The notes under the pieces: generated by a model
What the model was told of the DNA's origin: nothing
What the model saw: the letters and a program-made list of their open reading frames with translations, nothing else
Database searches by the model: none
DNA from: Dehalococcoidia bacterium
Lineage (GTDB): Bacteria; Chloroflexota; Dehalococcoidia; Bin125
Reading direction: 5' to 3'
NCBI GenBank assembly: GCA_963662615.2
Contig: CAXXSR010000001.1
Span: forward strand, 1,280,001 to 1,344,000
Length of the DNA stretch: 64,000 nt
Part shown: positions 21,272-31,166 of the stretch, piece after piece
Position numbering within the stretch: position 1 is the stretch's first letter
How the letters are laid out: the number at the start of each line of letters is the position of its first letter
Made by a program: the position numbers and the translations under genes

Positions 21272-22292
21272 CCGCCCTCTCCGCGTCGGCATCATCGGGA
21301 CCGGCTGGGTGGCCGGCGACCGCCACTTCCCCGCCTACAAGCGGCACCCGGGGGCACATGTCGTGGCGATCTACGACCGCAACCGCGCGACCGCGGATCG
21401 CTTCGCGACCGCCCGCAAGGTCCCGTACGCCACGGACAATTTCACCGACTTCCTGCGCCAGGACCTCGACTTGGTGAGTATCTGCACACCTCCCATCGTG
21501 CATCACGAGCACTGCCTCGCCGCCTTGGAAGCCGGCTGCCACGTCTTCCTGGAAAAGCCCATGGCGATGAATGCGGACGACGCCCGCGCCATGATCGCGG
21601 CCGCCGCGCAACACGACCGCCTCCTCTGCGTCTCGCACAACTTCCTCCACAGCCGTTCCATGCGCCGCCTGCAGCGGGTGCTGGCGTCGGGTGAGGTAGG
21701 CCCCATCCAGCTCGTGATGGGCATGCAGTCCAGCAGCCCGCGCCGCCGCCTCCCGCAGTGGTACGGGGAGCTTCCCGGCGGCCTCTTCTTCGACGAGTCG
21801 CCGCACATGCTCTATCTCGTCCGCGGAGTGCTGGGCGACGCGGAGGTCGAGTTCGCCACCGCCTCTGCGGCCGCGACGGGCGCACAGCAGCCGCTCTCCA
21901 CCGTGCACATTGCTCTGCGCGCCGGAACGGTGCCGGCAACGTTGACCATGACCTTCGAGTCCGCTGTCTCTGAATGGCACTTCCTCATCTTCTGCCAACG
22001 CAAGATCCTCATGGCCGACCTCTTCCGCGACGTCGCCGTCGTCCTGGACCAGGACGGATCGCACCGCGCGATCGACGCCTTGCGCACCTCCTTTCGTGTC
22101 GGCGGTCAGCATCTCCTCCGTTTCGCTCAAAGCGGCGGCCATTGGCTGCGCGGCCGCCAGGATTGGGGGCATGGCCGCCTGATCCACCAAACGATCGATG
22201 CCGCGGCGAGTGGCGACCCCAGTCCGGTGCCGGTGGAGGACGCGCTCGCCGTGGTGCAGCTCACGGAGGAGGTGCTCGCACGAATGCGTTAG
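21258..22292 (+). CDS. Gfo/Idh/MocA family oxidoreductase
   Basis: VGIIGTGWVA, HVFLEKPMA, GGLFFDESPH. Confidence 0.9.
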   Translation: MSVPDRPLRVGIIGTGWVAGDRHFPAYKRHPGAHVVAIYDRNRATADRFATARKVPYATDNFTDFLRQDLDLVSICTPPIVHHEHCLAALEAGCHVFLEKPMAMNADDARAMIAAAAQHDRLLCVSHNFLHSRSMRRLQRVLASGEVGPIQLVMGMQSSSPRRRLPQWYGELPGGLFFDESPHMLYLVRGVLGDAEVEFATASAAATGAQQPLSTVHIALRAGTVPATLTMTFESAVSEWHFLIFCQRKILMADLFRDVAVVLDQDGSHRAIDALRTSFRVGGQHLLRFAQSGGHWLRGRQDWGHGRLIHQTIDAAASGDPSPVPVEDALAVVQLTEEVLARMR

Positions 22293-22336
22293 TCCTCACC
22301 CGCGTTCACCACCGCACCGCGCTTCCCGCCTGGGGG

Positions 22337-23803
22337 ATGCGTACCGTCGTTGAGCTGGGCCCGCTGGTCGCGGTGATCACGGCCCTGGCTCTTCGCCGCT
22401 GGTCCCAGACGGGCGCGTACCCCACTGGACTCGACGCAGGCAACTGGTTGGCCTACGGCGCGGACCTCTTCGACGGCGCCGGCAAGTCCACGGGCGGCAC
22501 CTACCCACCCTTAATCCCGGCGCTGCTCCACGTGCTTGCCCAGTGGTCCGACCCCGTGACCGCCGCGCGCCTCGTGAGCGTGCTCTCGATTGTGGTCGTG
22601 CTGGCCTCGACGTATTGGCTGACCCGCAAGTACTCAGGCCGCTGGATCGCCCTGGCGCTGGCCACCACAGTGGGGCTGTCCGGCTACCTCACCGAGACCG
22701 CCGCCTTCGGCGGTTATCCCCAGAACTTCGCGCTTGCCTTTCTGCTCCCGTTCGCGTACTTCAGCGCGTGCTATCTCCGCGCCGGCGCTCGCCGCGACCT
22801 GCTCGCCGCTGGCGGTTTCCTGGTCCTCGTTGCGCTGAGCCACCAACTCTATTTTGGCGTCGCGGCCGTCGTCGCTCTTGTGATCTGGCTCATCTGGCTC
22901 TCGCTGCGGCCGGGGTGGCGTCCCTTGATCGGCCGGACTGCAGGACTGGCGCTCGTCTGCCTCATCGGCGTGCTGACGTTCTTGCCTCCGTTCCTCATCA
23001 ACCGCGGTGAGGGCTTCAGTCCGCTGTTCAACGCGGCGAGCCTGAACTTTGGCAGCGTCTTGCACTACCCGTTCACGGAAGCCGTTTGGTTCTGGTGGAC
23101 GTTCATCGCCGTCTCCACGCTCTACCTCGCTCTCAATGTTCGCCGGCGATCCTCCGTCCTCTGGCAGACCAGCGCGGCGCTCGTGGCCGCCGGCCTGCTG
23201 GGAATGGCGCTCTCGGGCGAGCCCAGACTGGCCCTCGCGCTGATCGTGGGAGCGACGCTGGCCGCGGCAATTGCGCTGCAGGCCATCCTCACCAAGTCCC
23301 GCGGCACGATCGTTGCCAATCTCGCCATCCCGGCGGCGGTGGCGCTGCCGCTGCTCCTCCTGCCGCTCTCCGACACGCGCGCGCGCGACCTCTACAACTA
23401 TTACGGCATCGCCGATCGGTCGCTCATTGAAACGGCCGCTTGGGTGGACGCAGAGCACCAAGGCCGGACCGTGGCCGTGGCCCGCAACAAGGAGAGCTGG
23501 CCACTGGGCTGGTGGTTTGAGGGACTGACCGGGGCGGAGATCCTGGTGGGCTCCGACGAGCGCTGGCTCGGTTTCCCAGCGGAGCGTGAGGCCGCGCGTA
23601 TTGTCAATCGGTTCGTGGACCAGCCGCTCACCAGCGCGGAGGTGCGGGCACTCGCGCGGCAGTCCGGAGTCGAGCTATTGGTGGTCAAGCAGGCAGATTG
23701 GCCCATCTCGCGGATCTGGCAGTCGGGCGAGGATCCACTCCCCGTCGTGTTTACGGACGCCGGCGGCGGCGGTTTCACAATCTTTGACCTCGCCTCTCGC
23801 TAG
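22337..23803 (+). CDS. Polytopic membrane protein, GT-C-like fold, with a soluble C-terminal domain
   Basis: About 11-13 hydrophobic segments; first loop PTGLDAGNW...YPPL; soluble C-terminal ~130 aa; start uncertain. Confidence 0.7.
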   Translation: MRTVVELGPLVAVITALALRRWSQTGAYPTGLDAGNWLAYGADLFDGAGKSTGGTYPPLIPALLHVLAQWSDPVTAARLVSVLSIVVVLASTYWLTRKYSGRWIALALATTVGLSGYLTETAAFGGYPQNFALAFLLPFAYFSACYLRAGARRDLLAAGGFLVLVALSHQLYFGVAAVVALVIWLIWLSLRPGWRPLIGRTAGLALVCLIGVLTFLPPFLINRGEGFSPLFNAASLNFGSVLHYPFTEAVWFWWTFIAVSTLYLALNVRRRSSVLWQTSAALVAAGLLGMALSGEPRLALALIVGATLAAAIALQAILTKSRGTIVANLAIPAAVALPLLLLPLSDTRARDLYNYYGIADRSLIETAAWVDAEHQGRTVAVARNKESWPLGWWFEGLTGAEILVGSDERWLGFPAEREAARIVNRFVDQPLTSAEVRALARQSGVELLVVKQADWPISRIWQSGEDPLPVVFTDAGGGGFTIFDLASR

Positions 23804-25019
23804 CGTCCGGCTCATCTGGGAGGATCACGGCGGCGGCGCGGCCTGGCTCACGGCCGGCATCGCCGTCACCTTTTTCCTTGGCCTGGCGCTTCAACTCCTG
23901 GGACTGCGATCGCTCAACAACGGGGACTATTCCACGTTCGTGCTCGCCCTGGGCATCGGCAACGCCGCCAACGCGCTGGCGGTGGCGATTCAACCGGTGG
24001 TGGCGGTACGGGCATCCTCGCGACAGCCCGCCTTCCTTCCGGGCCCGCTCCGCAGCATCCTCCTCGCCACTACGGTCGCGACGGGCGTCACCGTCGTGCT
24101 CCTGGCGGGGAGCATTGGGCCGCTCGGCGCGACTTTGGTCATGCTGCAGATCCCACTGCACGCCGTCGTGGGTGTGGGCCTGGGCCGCCTGCAGGCGGCG
24201 CGCTCCTTCCGCCGCATGGCCACCACCTTGGGGATCTGGTCCCTCGCCCGCATCACCATTGTCCTGCCCTTCGTAGCGGGCGGTGCGGAATCCGCCAACA
24301 TCTTTCTCGCCGGCCTGCCGGGCGCCCTGCTGGTCGAGATCGTTGTCCTCGCGCGCCTGGGCGCCTACCGCCAGGTCACGCTCGCGCCCGCGCGGGACGG
24401 CCGCCACCTTCTTCGCGCCTACGCCTTCTGGCTCCTCTTCGCCTGGCTTCTCAATCAGGACGTCGTCTGGGCGCGGCTGTTCCTGTCCCCGTCCGATGCC
24501 GACAGCTACGCGCTCGCTTTCACCTTGGGGCGCCAGCCGGTCTATGCCGTGGCCCCGCTCGTCAACGTCCTCCTGCCCGTGACGCTCGCGAGCCCATCGC
24601 TGCGCCTCCAGCGACGGCGTCTCTGGGCGATCCTTCTCGTCTCCGCGCTCCTCCTGGTCGCCAGCTTCGCCGTCTTCGGTGTCGCCCCGGCTCCCATCGC
24701 CAGACTGCTCACCGGCGACGCAACCTCGTTCGACGCAACCCTGATCCGCGGCTACGTCGCGGTCGGCGCGCTCACGGCCGCGGCCATGCTGCTCACCACG
24801 CAGCTCTTCGGCCTGGGCGCGATACCCCGCCTCCGCGTCCTAATCGTTCTAACCGCGCTCTCCGCTCTCGCCGCGCCGGTTGCCGCGGGGACCTCCGCGC
24901 TCTCGCTCTTGGCCGTCCAGGGCCTGATCATCGCCGCCCTCGTCGCCCTCTTCAGCATTCAGGGATTCAAAGCCACGTCGGCCGGGGAGTCAGCGTCGCC
25001 ATTCCGACGGGCGGCCTGA
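23784..25019 (+). CDS. Flippase-like (Wzx/MOP) polytopic membrane protein
   Basis: About 12 hydrophobic segments in a glycosyltransferase cluster; TTG start overlapping the previous stop is tentative. Confidence 0.65.
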   Translation: MTSPLASVRLIWEDHGGGAAWLTAGIAVTFFLGLALQLLGLRSLNNGDYSTFVLALGIGNAANALAVAIQPVVAVRASSRQPAFLPGPLRSILLATTVATGVTVVLLAGSIGPLGATLVMLQIPLHAVVGVGLGRLQAARSFRRMATTLGIWSLARITIVLPFVAGGAESANIFLAGLPGALLVEIVVLARLGAYRQVTLAPARDGRHLLRAYAFWLLFAWLLNQDVVWARLFLSPSDADSYALAFTLGRQPVYAVAPLVNVLLPVTLASPSLRLQRRRLWAILLVSALLLVASFAVFGVAPAPIARLLTGDATSFDATLIRGYVAVGALTAAAMLLTTQLFGLGAIPRLRVLIVLTALSALAAPVAAGTSALSLLAVQGLIIAALVALFSIQGFKATSAGESASPFRRAA

Positions 25020-25190
25020 CCCCGTGGACGAAGCGCTCGGCCCAGGCGTCAATCCCAGTCCGCCACCCGCCCCACCAGTGGGATGGAGAACCTGGAGAAA
25101 CTATCGCATTCCCTCATATCCGCCCTTGCGCCTCTTAGAGAACGATAGAGACGAATCCAAACGGCACGTGGGCTGAGACGAGGGATCTAG

Positions 25191-26384
25191 ATGATTCGAA
25201 CGGTGCGGTCGTCAGGCATCTTTCTGATTGGAATTTTCGCCGCCTTGGTGGCGCTCATCGTCGCGCAGACCGTCACCGTCAGTGGCGACGAGGGCATCAG
25301 GGTTGCGGGCTACGAGGTCAGCCCAACGACGGACGGCACCGATCCCACCGCGGAACTCGACGGCACCACTGCCGGCTCCGGCACGATCGTTGAAGCGGAC
25401 TTCACCCTCGTCACTGACGATGGCAGCCTCACGGTCAACGTTGACGCGGGCAGCGCCGATACGGGGACCACGGTCGAGGTCCAGAGTTTCAGCGGCGAGA
25501 ACACCCTGAGCGAGCTGGCGCAAGTCACCAGCACCTCCACTGGCACGTCATCCACCGACGCGTCGTCCCCTGACGCACCCACGCGCCAAATCATTGCGGC
25601 CTACGAGATCAGTTTCAACGCCTCTCCGTCCGCCGGGTCCAACGAGCAACCTGGGACGGGTGACGTCGGAGTCCAGCTTTCGGAGCCGGTGGAGCTGACG
25701 TTCGACCTGGGCGCCATCGGGGTCGCCGGACTGCGCGCGGCAGCGCTGGCAACGGCGCAGGCGCCCTCCATCGCCCGCTGGAACGGATCTCGCTGGTTCG
25801 ACCTGCCGACCATCGTCGACCGCGAGTCCAACACCGCCACCGCGTTCATCGAGGCGGGCGGCCTCTACGCAGCGTTCTTGCGCGACCTAGAGACGCACGT
25901 GGTCGGATCCGGCCTCACGGCGATTCCCTTCGCAGGCGCGAACGGAACCGGCGTGGCCCTGGCCTTCGCCGACAGCGGCGGCATCGCCTCCTTCTTCAGC
26001 TTTGACGCAACATCGGGACAGTACCGCAGCTTCAACCCGGGCGCCCCGGGGACACTGAGCGCCGTCAGCGAGTTCGATCCGGTCTTCGTCAGTGCCCCCG
26101 CCGCTGGGAGCTGGACGCAGTTCGCGCCGATCTACCGGGCCCGGACCGTGGCCGTGCTACCGGGCCTGGACTTCGTCACCTACACCGGCGCGAACGTCTC
26201 CGTCGATGCCCTGACCATCGATGGCGCCTGGACGGCCGGCTGGCTCTGGGACAACGAGTCCGACCGATGGCCGGGCTTCTTCCCCCAGTGGGTGCCCTCG
26301 ATCGTCAATAGCGTCCAGACGCTCCAGACCGGCGACATCGTAGTGATCGTCAGTCCCTCCGGAGCCACCTGGGCCATGCCGTAG
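25191..26384 (+). CDS. Secreted acidic Ser/Thr-rich surface protein
   Basis: N-terminal hydrophobic signal, S/T/D-rich body, two C-terminal repeats (GSGLTAIPFAG; LPGLDFVTYTG...W). Confidence 0.8.
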   Translation: MIRTVRSSGIFLIGIFAALVALIVAQTVTVSGDEGIRVAGYEVSPTTDGTDPTAELDGTTAGSGTIVEADFTLVTDDGSLTVNVDAGSADTGTTVEVQSFSGENTLSELAQVTSTSTGTSSTDASSPDAPTRQIIAAYEISFNASPSAGSNEQPGTGDVGVQLSEPVELTFDLGAIGVAGLRAAALATAQAPSIARWNGSRWFDLPTIVDRESNTATAFIEAGGLYAAFLRDLETHVVGSGLTAIPFAGANGTGVALAFADSGGIASFFSFDATSGQYRSFNPGAPGTLSAVSEFDPVFVSAPAAGSWTQFAPIYRARTVAVLPGLDFVTYTGANVSVDALTIDGAWTAGWLWDNESDRWPGFFPQWVPSIVNSVQTLQTGDIVVIVSPSGATWAMP

Positions 26385-26468
26385 CGCGCGCCTCAGCGGG
26401 ACCGGGCCGGCCCTGAGGCATCTTCGGCTCGGTCCCGCCATTCAGAAGCGCAGGACGGCCACTGGAGC

Positions 26469-27557
26469 GTGATGAAAGCGGTCCTGCTCTGCGCCGGCAA
26501 GGGCACCCGTCTGGCGCCCCTCACGCACACCCGGCCGAAACACGATCTTCCACTCAGCAACCGGCCTCTCATCGCGCACCTGTTCGACGCTTGCCGCCGG
26601 CTGGGCCTCTCCGAGGTCATCGTGGTGCTCCATCCCACGCTGGCCCCCGGCGCTGACGAGCTAGCCCAACACGCCGATGGCCTCGTCCTCCACGCGGCTT
26701 ACCAGGACGAACCGAACGGGCTGGCTGACGCCGTCCGAACCGCGGCGCCCTTTCTGGGCGTGGATCGTTTCCTCTTGCTTCTCGGCGACACGCTCCTGAC
26801 AGACGCCGCCATCCGGCAGGTGGCCCAGACCCTCCACGAGCCGGGCTCAAAAATCTACGTCCAGCCGGTGGAGAATCCGTGCCAGTACGGCGTCGCCGTC
26901 GTCCGCGGCGGGCAGGTCGTGCGGCTGTTGGAGAAACCGCAGCGTCCTCCCTCCAACCTCGCCCTCGTCGGCCTCTATCAGTTGGAGCCGTCCATCTTCC
27001 CTGCGATCGAACGGATTCAACCGTCCCCCCGTGGGGAACTGGAGATCACCGATGCGATCGACCGGCTTGTCCAAGACGGCGAGCGCGTCGAAGCGGTTGA
27101 GCTTGCCGGTCGCTGGCTGGATTGCGGCAGCCTCGACGGCGCGCTGGAGGCGAATCGCGCCGTCCTGGATCGGCTCGGCGCGCCGAACGACATGCGCACG
27201 CGGGAGCCGGCCCACCGTCCCGCTCGTGGAACGTGCCGCATCACGCCGCCGGTCGCCATCGGTCCCAACGTCGTCTTGGAAGACTGCGAGGTCGGCCCCT
27301 ATGCCTCCATCGGCGCCGGCTGCGTCATCCGCGGCGGCGCGATTACGAACAGCATTGTGCTGGAAGGCGCATCGATCGAGAATGCCTGCTGCCAGAACGC
27401 GATCGTGGGAGCAAGAGCGCGCATCGTTGGCGGGGAGGGCTCGCGCCTGATCGCCGATCGCATCCTCGGCGACGAGGAGGTCGTCGAGCCCACGCCTCTC
27501 CTCTCGCTTGCCGGATCCCGCGGCCGCGTCGACGACGACTCAGAGAGTCGCGAATAG
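26469..27557 (+). CDS. Sugar-1-phosphate nucleotidylyltransferase (long-form glucose-1-P thymidylyltransferase-like)
   Basis: AGKGTRLAPLT, LEKP, SPRGELEITDAI, C-terminal left-handed beta-helix-like repeats. Confidence 0.9.
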   Translation: MMKAVLLCAGKGTRLAPLTHTRPKHDLPLSNRPLIAHLFDACRRLGLSEVIVVLHPTLAPGADELAQHADGLVLHAAYQDEPNGLADAVRTAAPFLGVDRFLLLLGDTLLTDAAIRQVAQTLHEPGSKIYVQPVENPCQYGVAVVRGGQVVRLLEKPQRPPSNLALVGLYQLEPSIFPAIERIQPSPRGELEITDAIDRLVQDGERVEAVELAGRWLDCGSLDGALEANRAVLDRLGAPNDMRTREPAHRPARGTCRITPPVAIGPNVVLEDCEVGPYASIGAGCVIRGGAITNSIVLEGASIENACCQNAIVGARARIVGGEGSRLIADRILGDEEVVEPTPLLSLAGSRGRVDDDSESRE

Positions 27558-27625
27558 CTTGTTCCCGTTCGCATCCTTGCGCTAGACTGGCGCCTCCTTG
27601 CGACGCAGCTGAGGAGAAGGATCTG

Positions 27626-28522
27626 ATGGCGACTGCCGCGAGCCAGCCTACCGTTCAGGGTCTCTTGGGAAATCTGGAGAATCTCTGGCAAGGGATCGAT
27701 GAGTTCTTAGGCACTCTCGGGCCGGACGACTGGGCCCGCCCTCACGGTCCGGACTGGGCCTTCGCTGACCTGCCGTATCACCTCTCCTACTTTGACCGCG
27801 AGATCATCGCCCGCGCGATTGAGCTGGGGCCGGACATCCCGGCCGACGAGCAGCAGGTGTGGAGCAGCTTCAATGATCTGAACGCGTGGAACGATCAGCG
27901 GTTCACGCAGCGGCCGGTAGGGCAGACGCCCGAGCAGTCGCTGGAGCAGATGCGGGCCAGCCGCGACGAGATTCGGCGGGTGGCCGGCCAGATGGGCGAC
28001 GCGGACCTCGAGCGCCCCACCTTCATCCCCATCTTCGGGGGCTGGCTCAATGCCGCCGCTGTGCTCGCCGCCTGCGGCGCCCACACCTGGAACCACCACA
28101 CGGAGCTGCGGCTGCGACTCGATCGTACTTCCCCGCAGCCGAGCCCCGCTGCCACCCACAGCGCGCTGGCGTTTTACACGACCCTGATCCCACATGTCTC
28201 GCTCGACCGCGACCAAGCGGCGAACCGACAGTTCACGACCGTGATGGAGTTCACCGGCCCCGGAGGTGGGGCCTGGACCGTGCGAGTCGCCAACGGCAGC
28301 TGCAACTGCAGCGAGGAGCGGGCCGGCCAGCCCGATCTCGTGTTGACCCAAAGCCCGGAGACCTTCGTCAAGACGCTCGCCGGGATGCAGGACCCGGCGG
28401 CGGCGATCGAATCGGGAGTCATCAAGGTGCAAGGGATCGAGAACATGCCGACGTACGGCGGCTTGTTCCCGCCCGTTGACCCAAGCCAGGTCATCCCACC
28501 CATGGGGGCGACGACGCTCTAG
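27626..28522 (+). CDS. DinB/MDMPI-like protein with a C-terminal SCP2-like domain
   Basis: GAGGAG SD; W..ADLPYHL, HTWNHH, GPGGGAWTV, ESGVIKVQG. Confidence 0.7.
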   Translation: MATAASQPTVQGLLGNLENLWQGIDEFLGTLGPDDWARPHGPDWAFADLPYHLSYFDREIIARAIELGPDIPADEQQVWSSFNDLNAWNDQRFTQRPVGQTPEQSLEQMRASRDEIRRVAGQMGDADLERPTFIPIFGGWLNAAAVLAACGAHTWNHHTELRLRLDRTSPQPSPAATHSALAFYTTLIPHVSLDRDQAANRQFTTVMEFTGPGGGAWTVRVANGSCNCSEERAGQPDLVLTQSPETFVKTLAGMQDPAAAIESGVIKVQGIENMPTYGGLFPPVDPSQVIPPMGATTL

Positions 28523-28832
28523 AGCCGCTTGCCGAGAGGCGCCGGCGCGACAAGCGCGGCTCGTCGCGACCCCTGCCTGCCGTGCAGCGCGAATGGGGCA
28601 CGCAGCTCTCGCAGGCAGCCGATGCCTCCGACATGATCAGCGATCGCCGGAATGGCATGATCGAAGTTGCCCGGAGTCCGTGACGGCGCCACAAATGCGA
28701 AACTGCACTCGGCGCGCCGACTCGTACGAATCTTCGCCCCAGAAGCCGTTGCGCCGATCCACGGGGCGAGGGCGACCGGCGCGGCCCAAGGACGATTGAG
28801 TCGCCCTCGCCGGCTCGCCTAGCACGAGGCCT

Positions 28833-29723
28833 ATGGTGACCACGCGCGATCGCTCGCTCAAGATCGGCATCGCCGGGGCAGGCCGGTTGGGGACGGCGCT
28901 CGCCCTCGGCTTGGAGGCAGCGGGGTATCGCCTCACCGGCGTCGCCGGCCCACGCACCGGCTCCGCCGAGGCGCTGGCGGCGCGGTTGTCGGGCGCGCAG
29001 CCGCTGCCCGCTCCGGCGCTCGCTGAGCTCTGCGACCTGATCTTCCTCACCGTTCCCGATGGCGACATCGCCACCACCGCCGCCTCGATCCCCTGGCGGC
29101 CGGGGCAGGCCGCCGTCCACTGCAGCGGAGCGCTTGGACTGGAGGCGCTGGAGTCCGCCGCCGCGGCCGGCGCTCGGATCGGCTCATTCCACCCCCTGCA
29201 GTCGTTCCCCTCGCCCACGGGCGACGCGTCACGCTTCCATGGGATCGTCTGCGGCGTCGAGGGCGCGGAGCCGCTGGGTGGCCGGCTGGAGCGCATGGCT
29301 GTCGCGCTGGGCGCCACGCCTGTGCGCTTAGAGGGCGTCGATCGCGCCCTCTACCACGCGGCCGCGGTGTTCGCGAGCAACTATGTGGTGGCGCTAGCGG
29401 CAGCAGCGCGACGCGTGTGGACCATGGCCGGGCTGCCCCTTGAGAGCGCGCAGCCAGCCCTGGCGCCGCTCCTCTCGGGCGCGGCCCAGAGCGCGGAGAC
29501 GCTGGCGCTGCAGCACGCGCTCACCGGACCGATCGCGCGGGGCGACGTGGATACGGTGGAACGCCACCTCGCTGCGCTCGCTTCCGACTCCGCGCTCCGG
29601 GAACTCTACCGCCGCTTGGGCGCGCAACTGCTCGATCTGCCGTTGAACTTCGCCCCGGAGTCCCAGGCCCGCCTGCGCGACCTGCTCGCCGCTGACGACG
29701 TGAGCGGCGGATCCCCTCGCTGA
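28833..29723 (+). CDS. Rossmann-like plus DUF2520 protein (PanG-like reductase)
   Basis: GAGRLG, HCSGA, FHPLQSF, YHAAAVFASN, LTGPIARGD. Confidence 0.88.
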   Translation: MVTTRDRSLKIGIAGAGRLGTALALGLEAAGYRLTGVAGPRTGSAEALAARLSGAQPLPAPALAELCDLIFLTVPDGDIATTAASIPWRPGQAAVHCSGALGLEALESAAAAGARIGSFHPLQSFPSPTGDASRFHGIVCGVEGAEPLGGRLERMAVALGATPVRLEGVDRALYHAAAVFASNYVVALAAAARRVWTMAGLPLESAQPALAPLLSGAAQSAETLALQHALTGPIARGDVDTVERHLAALASDSALRELYRRLGAQLLDLPLNFAPESQARLRDLLAADDVSGGSPR

Positions 29724-29823
29724 GGCCGCCCATCTCGATGCTCGCCAGGGCGGCACTCTTGTCGACGCACAGGCAATCCGTCGGCCGGGAGTAGAATAGC
29801 CCGGCACCGTGAGGGAGAGCATC

Positions 29824-31086
29824 ATGGTCAAGGTCATCTTCCAGGTCTACCCAGTGATCCACGCCGCGGACGAAGCGGAACGGACGGCGCTGCGGCCAAT
29901 CGGGCGCAACGCCGACCGCTACCAACAGGCCCTCAACGGCCTGCCCGACATCGTCCAAGCGGCCGACGCCCTGGGGCTGTGGGGCATCGCCTCGATCGAG
30001 CACCACTTCCACTCGGAGGGCTACGAAGTCGGACCGGACCCCGGCGTCTTGAACGCCTACTGGGCCGCCATCACCAAGAACATCCGCGTTGGCCAGTTGG
30101 GCTACGTAATGAGCGCTCAGCACCCCATCCGCGTAGCCGAGCAGACGGCCATCCTGGACCATCTCAGCCGTGGCCGCTGCTTCGTAGGCTTTGCGCGTGG
30201 CTACCAAGACCGCTGGACCAACATCATTGGCCAGCACCTCGGAACGCGCGCCACCCACTCGCTCGAAGGCGCCGACGACGCCCTCAACCGCGAGATCTTC
30301 GAAGAGCAAGTCGAACTCGTCATTCGCGCCTGGACGGAGGACAGCATTGAGCTGAAGAGTCCCCGCTGGCAGATCCCCTACCCCTACGACGATGGCATTG
30401 ACTGGTGGATGCGGGAGACGACAGCGCGGCTTGGCGCTCCCGGCGAGCTTGGGCCGGACGGTCGGGTCCGCCGGGTCAGCGTCGTGCCGGCGCCCTACAT
30501 CAAGCCTCATCCGCCCATCTTCGTGGGCAGCTCCGCCAGCGCTGCGACCGTGGAGTACTGCGGACGCAACGGTTTCATTCCCACCTACTTCGGCGGCGTC
30601 GAACGGACCGTCAGCTTCGGTCCGCGCTATGTCGAGGCCGCCGCGCAGGCAGGCCACACCTATGCGCTAGGGCAGAACCAGGCGGCGGTTCGCTGGCTGC
30701 AGATCGCCGACGACCGCGACGCTCTCCGGCGCGCTCTCAGCGCCTACGACACGGAGATCTACAAGAACTTCTACAACCAACTCCACTCCCAGGCCCGCCA
30801 CGCGCCCGATGCGCTGCCGCTCGATGCCGGAGAGGAGCAGATCCTCGACAGACTGGAACAGTCGCCGCAGCACGCCACCGGGACCGTGGACGAGGTCCGG
30901 GAGCTGCTCGTGAGCCAGCGGCGCGACTTCCCCGCCGAGTACATCGTCCTGATCCTCCACTACGCGCAGCAACCGGCGGATAGTGTGATCCGCAACCTGG
31001 AGACCTTCATGCGCGAAGTGAAGCCGGCGCTCGACGAATTGACGATGTATCCGGAGCCCGCGACGGCGGAGGTCGCGCCGCGGTAG
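29824..31086 (+). CDS. Luciferase-like (LLM) flavin-dependent oxidoreductase
   Basis: EHHFHSEG, PIRVAEQTAILDHLSRGR, GFARGY, PHPPIF; alternative start GTG 29809. Confidence 0.9.
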   Translation: MVKVIFQVYPVIHAADEAERTALRPIGRNADRYQQALNGLPDIVQAADALGLWGIASIEHHFHSEGYEVGPDPGVLNAYWAAITKNIRVGQLGYVMSAQHPIRVAEQTAILDHLSRGRCFVGFARGYQDRWTNIIGQHLGTRATHSLEGADDALNREIFEEQVELVIRAWTEDSIELKSPRWQIPYPYDDGIDWWMRETTARLGAPGELGPDGRVRRVSVVPAPYIKPHPPIFVGSSASAATVEYCGRNGFIPTYFGGVERTVSFGPRYVEAAAQAGHTYALGQNQAAVRWLQIADDRDALRRALSAYDTEIYKNFYNQLHSQARHAPDALPLDAGEEQILDRLEQSPQHATGTVDEVRELLVSQRRDFPAEYIVLILHYAQQPADSVIRNLETFMREVKPALDELTMYPEPATAEVAPR

Positions 31087-31166
31087 CGCCGCCCGCCCCC
31101 ACCGCCGCGTCCGAGCGAGCTCCCGACACCGGGGCTGCATTCCCCAATTGGAGAGGGGCGCCCTCC

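Noticed and set aside
28523-28832. ncRNA in a 310-bp intergenic gap
   Set aside because: One 12-bp GC-rich inverted repeat (28765-28811), but no promoter/terminator pair or known motif.
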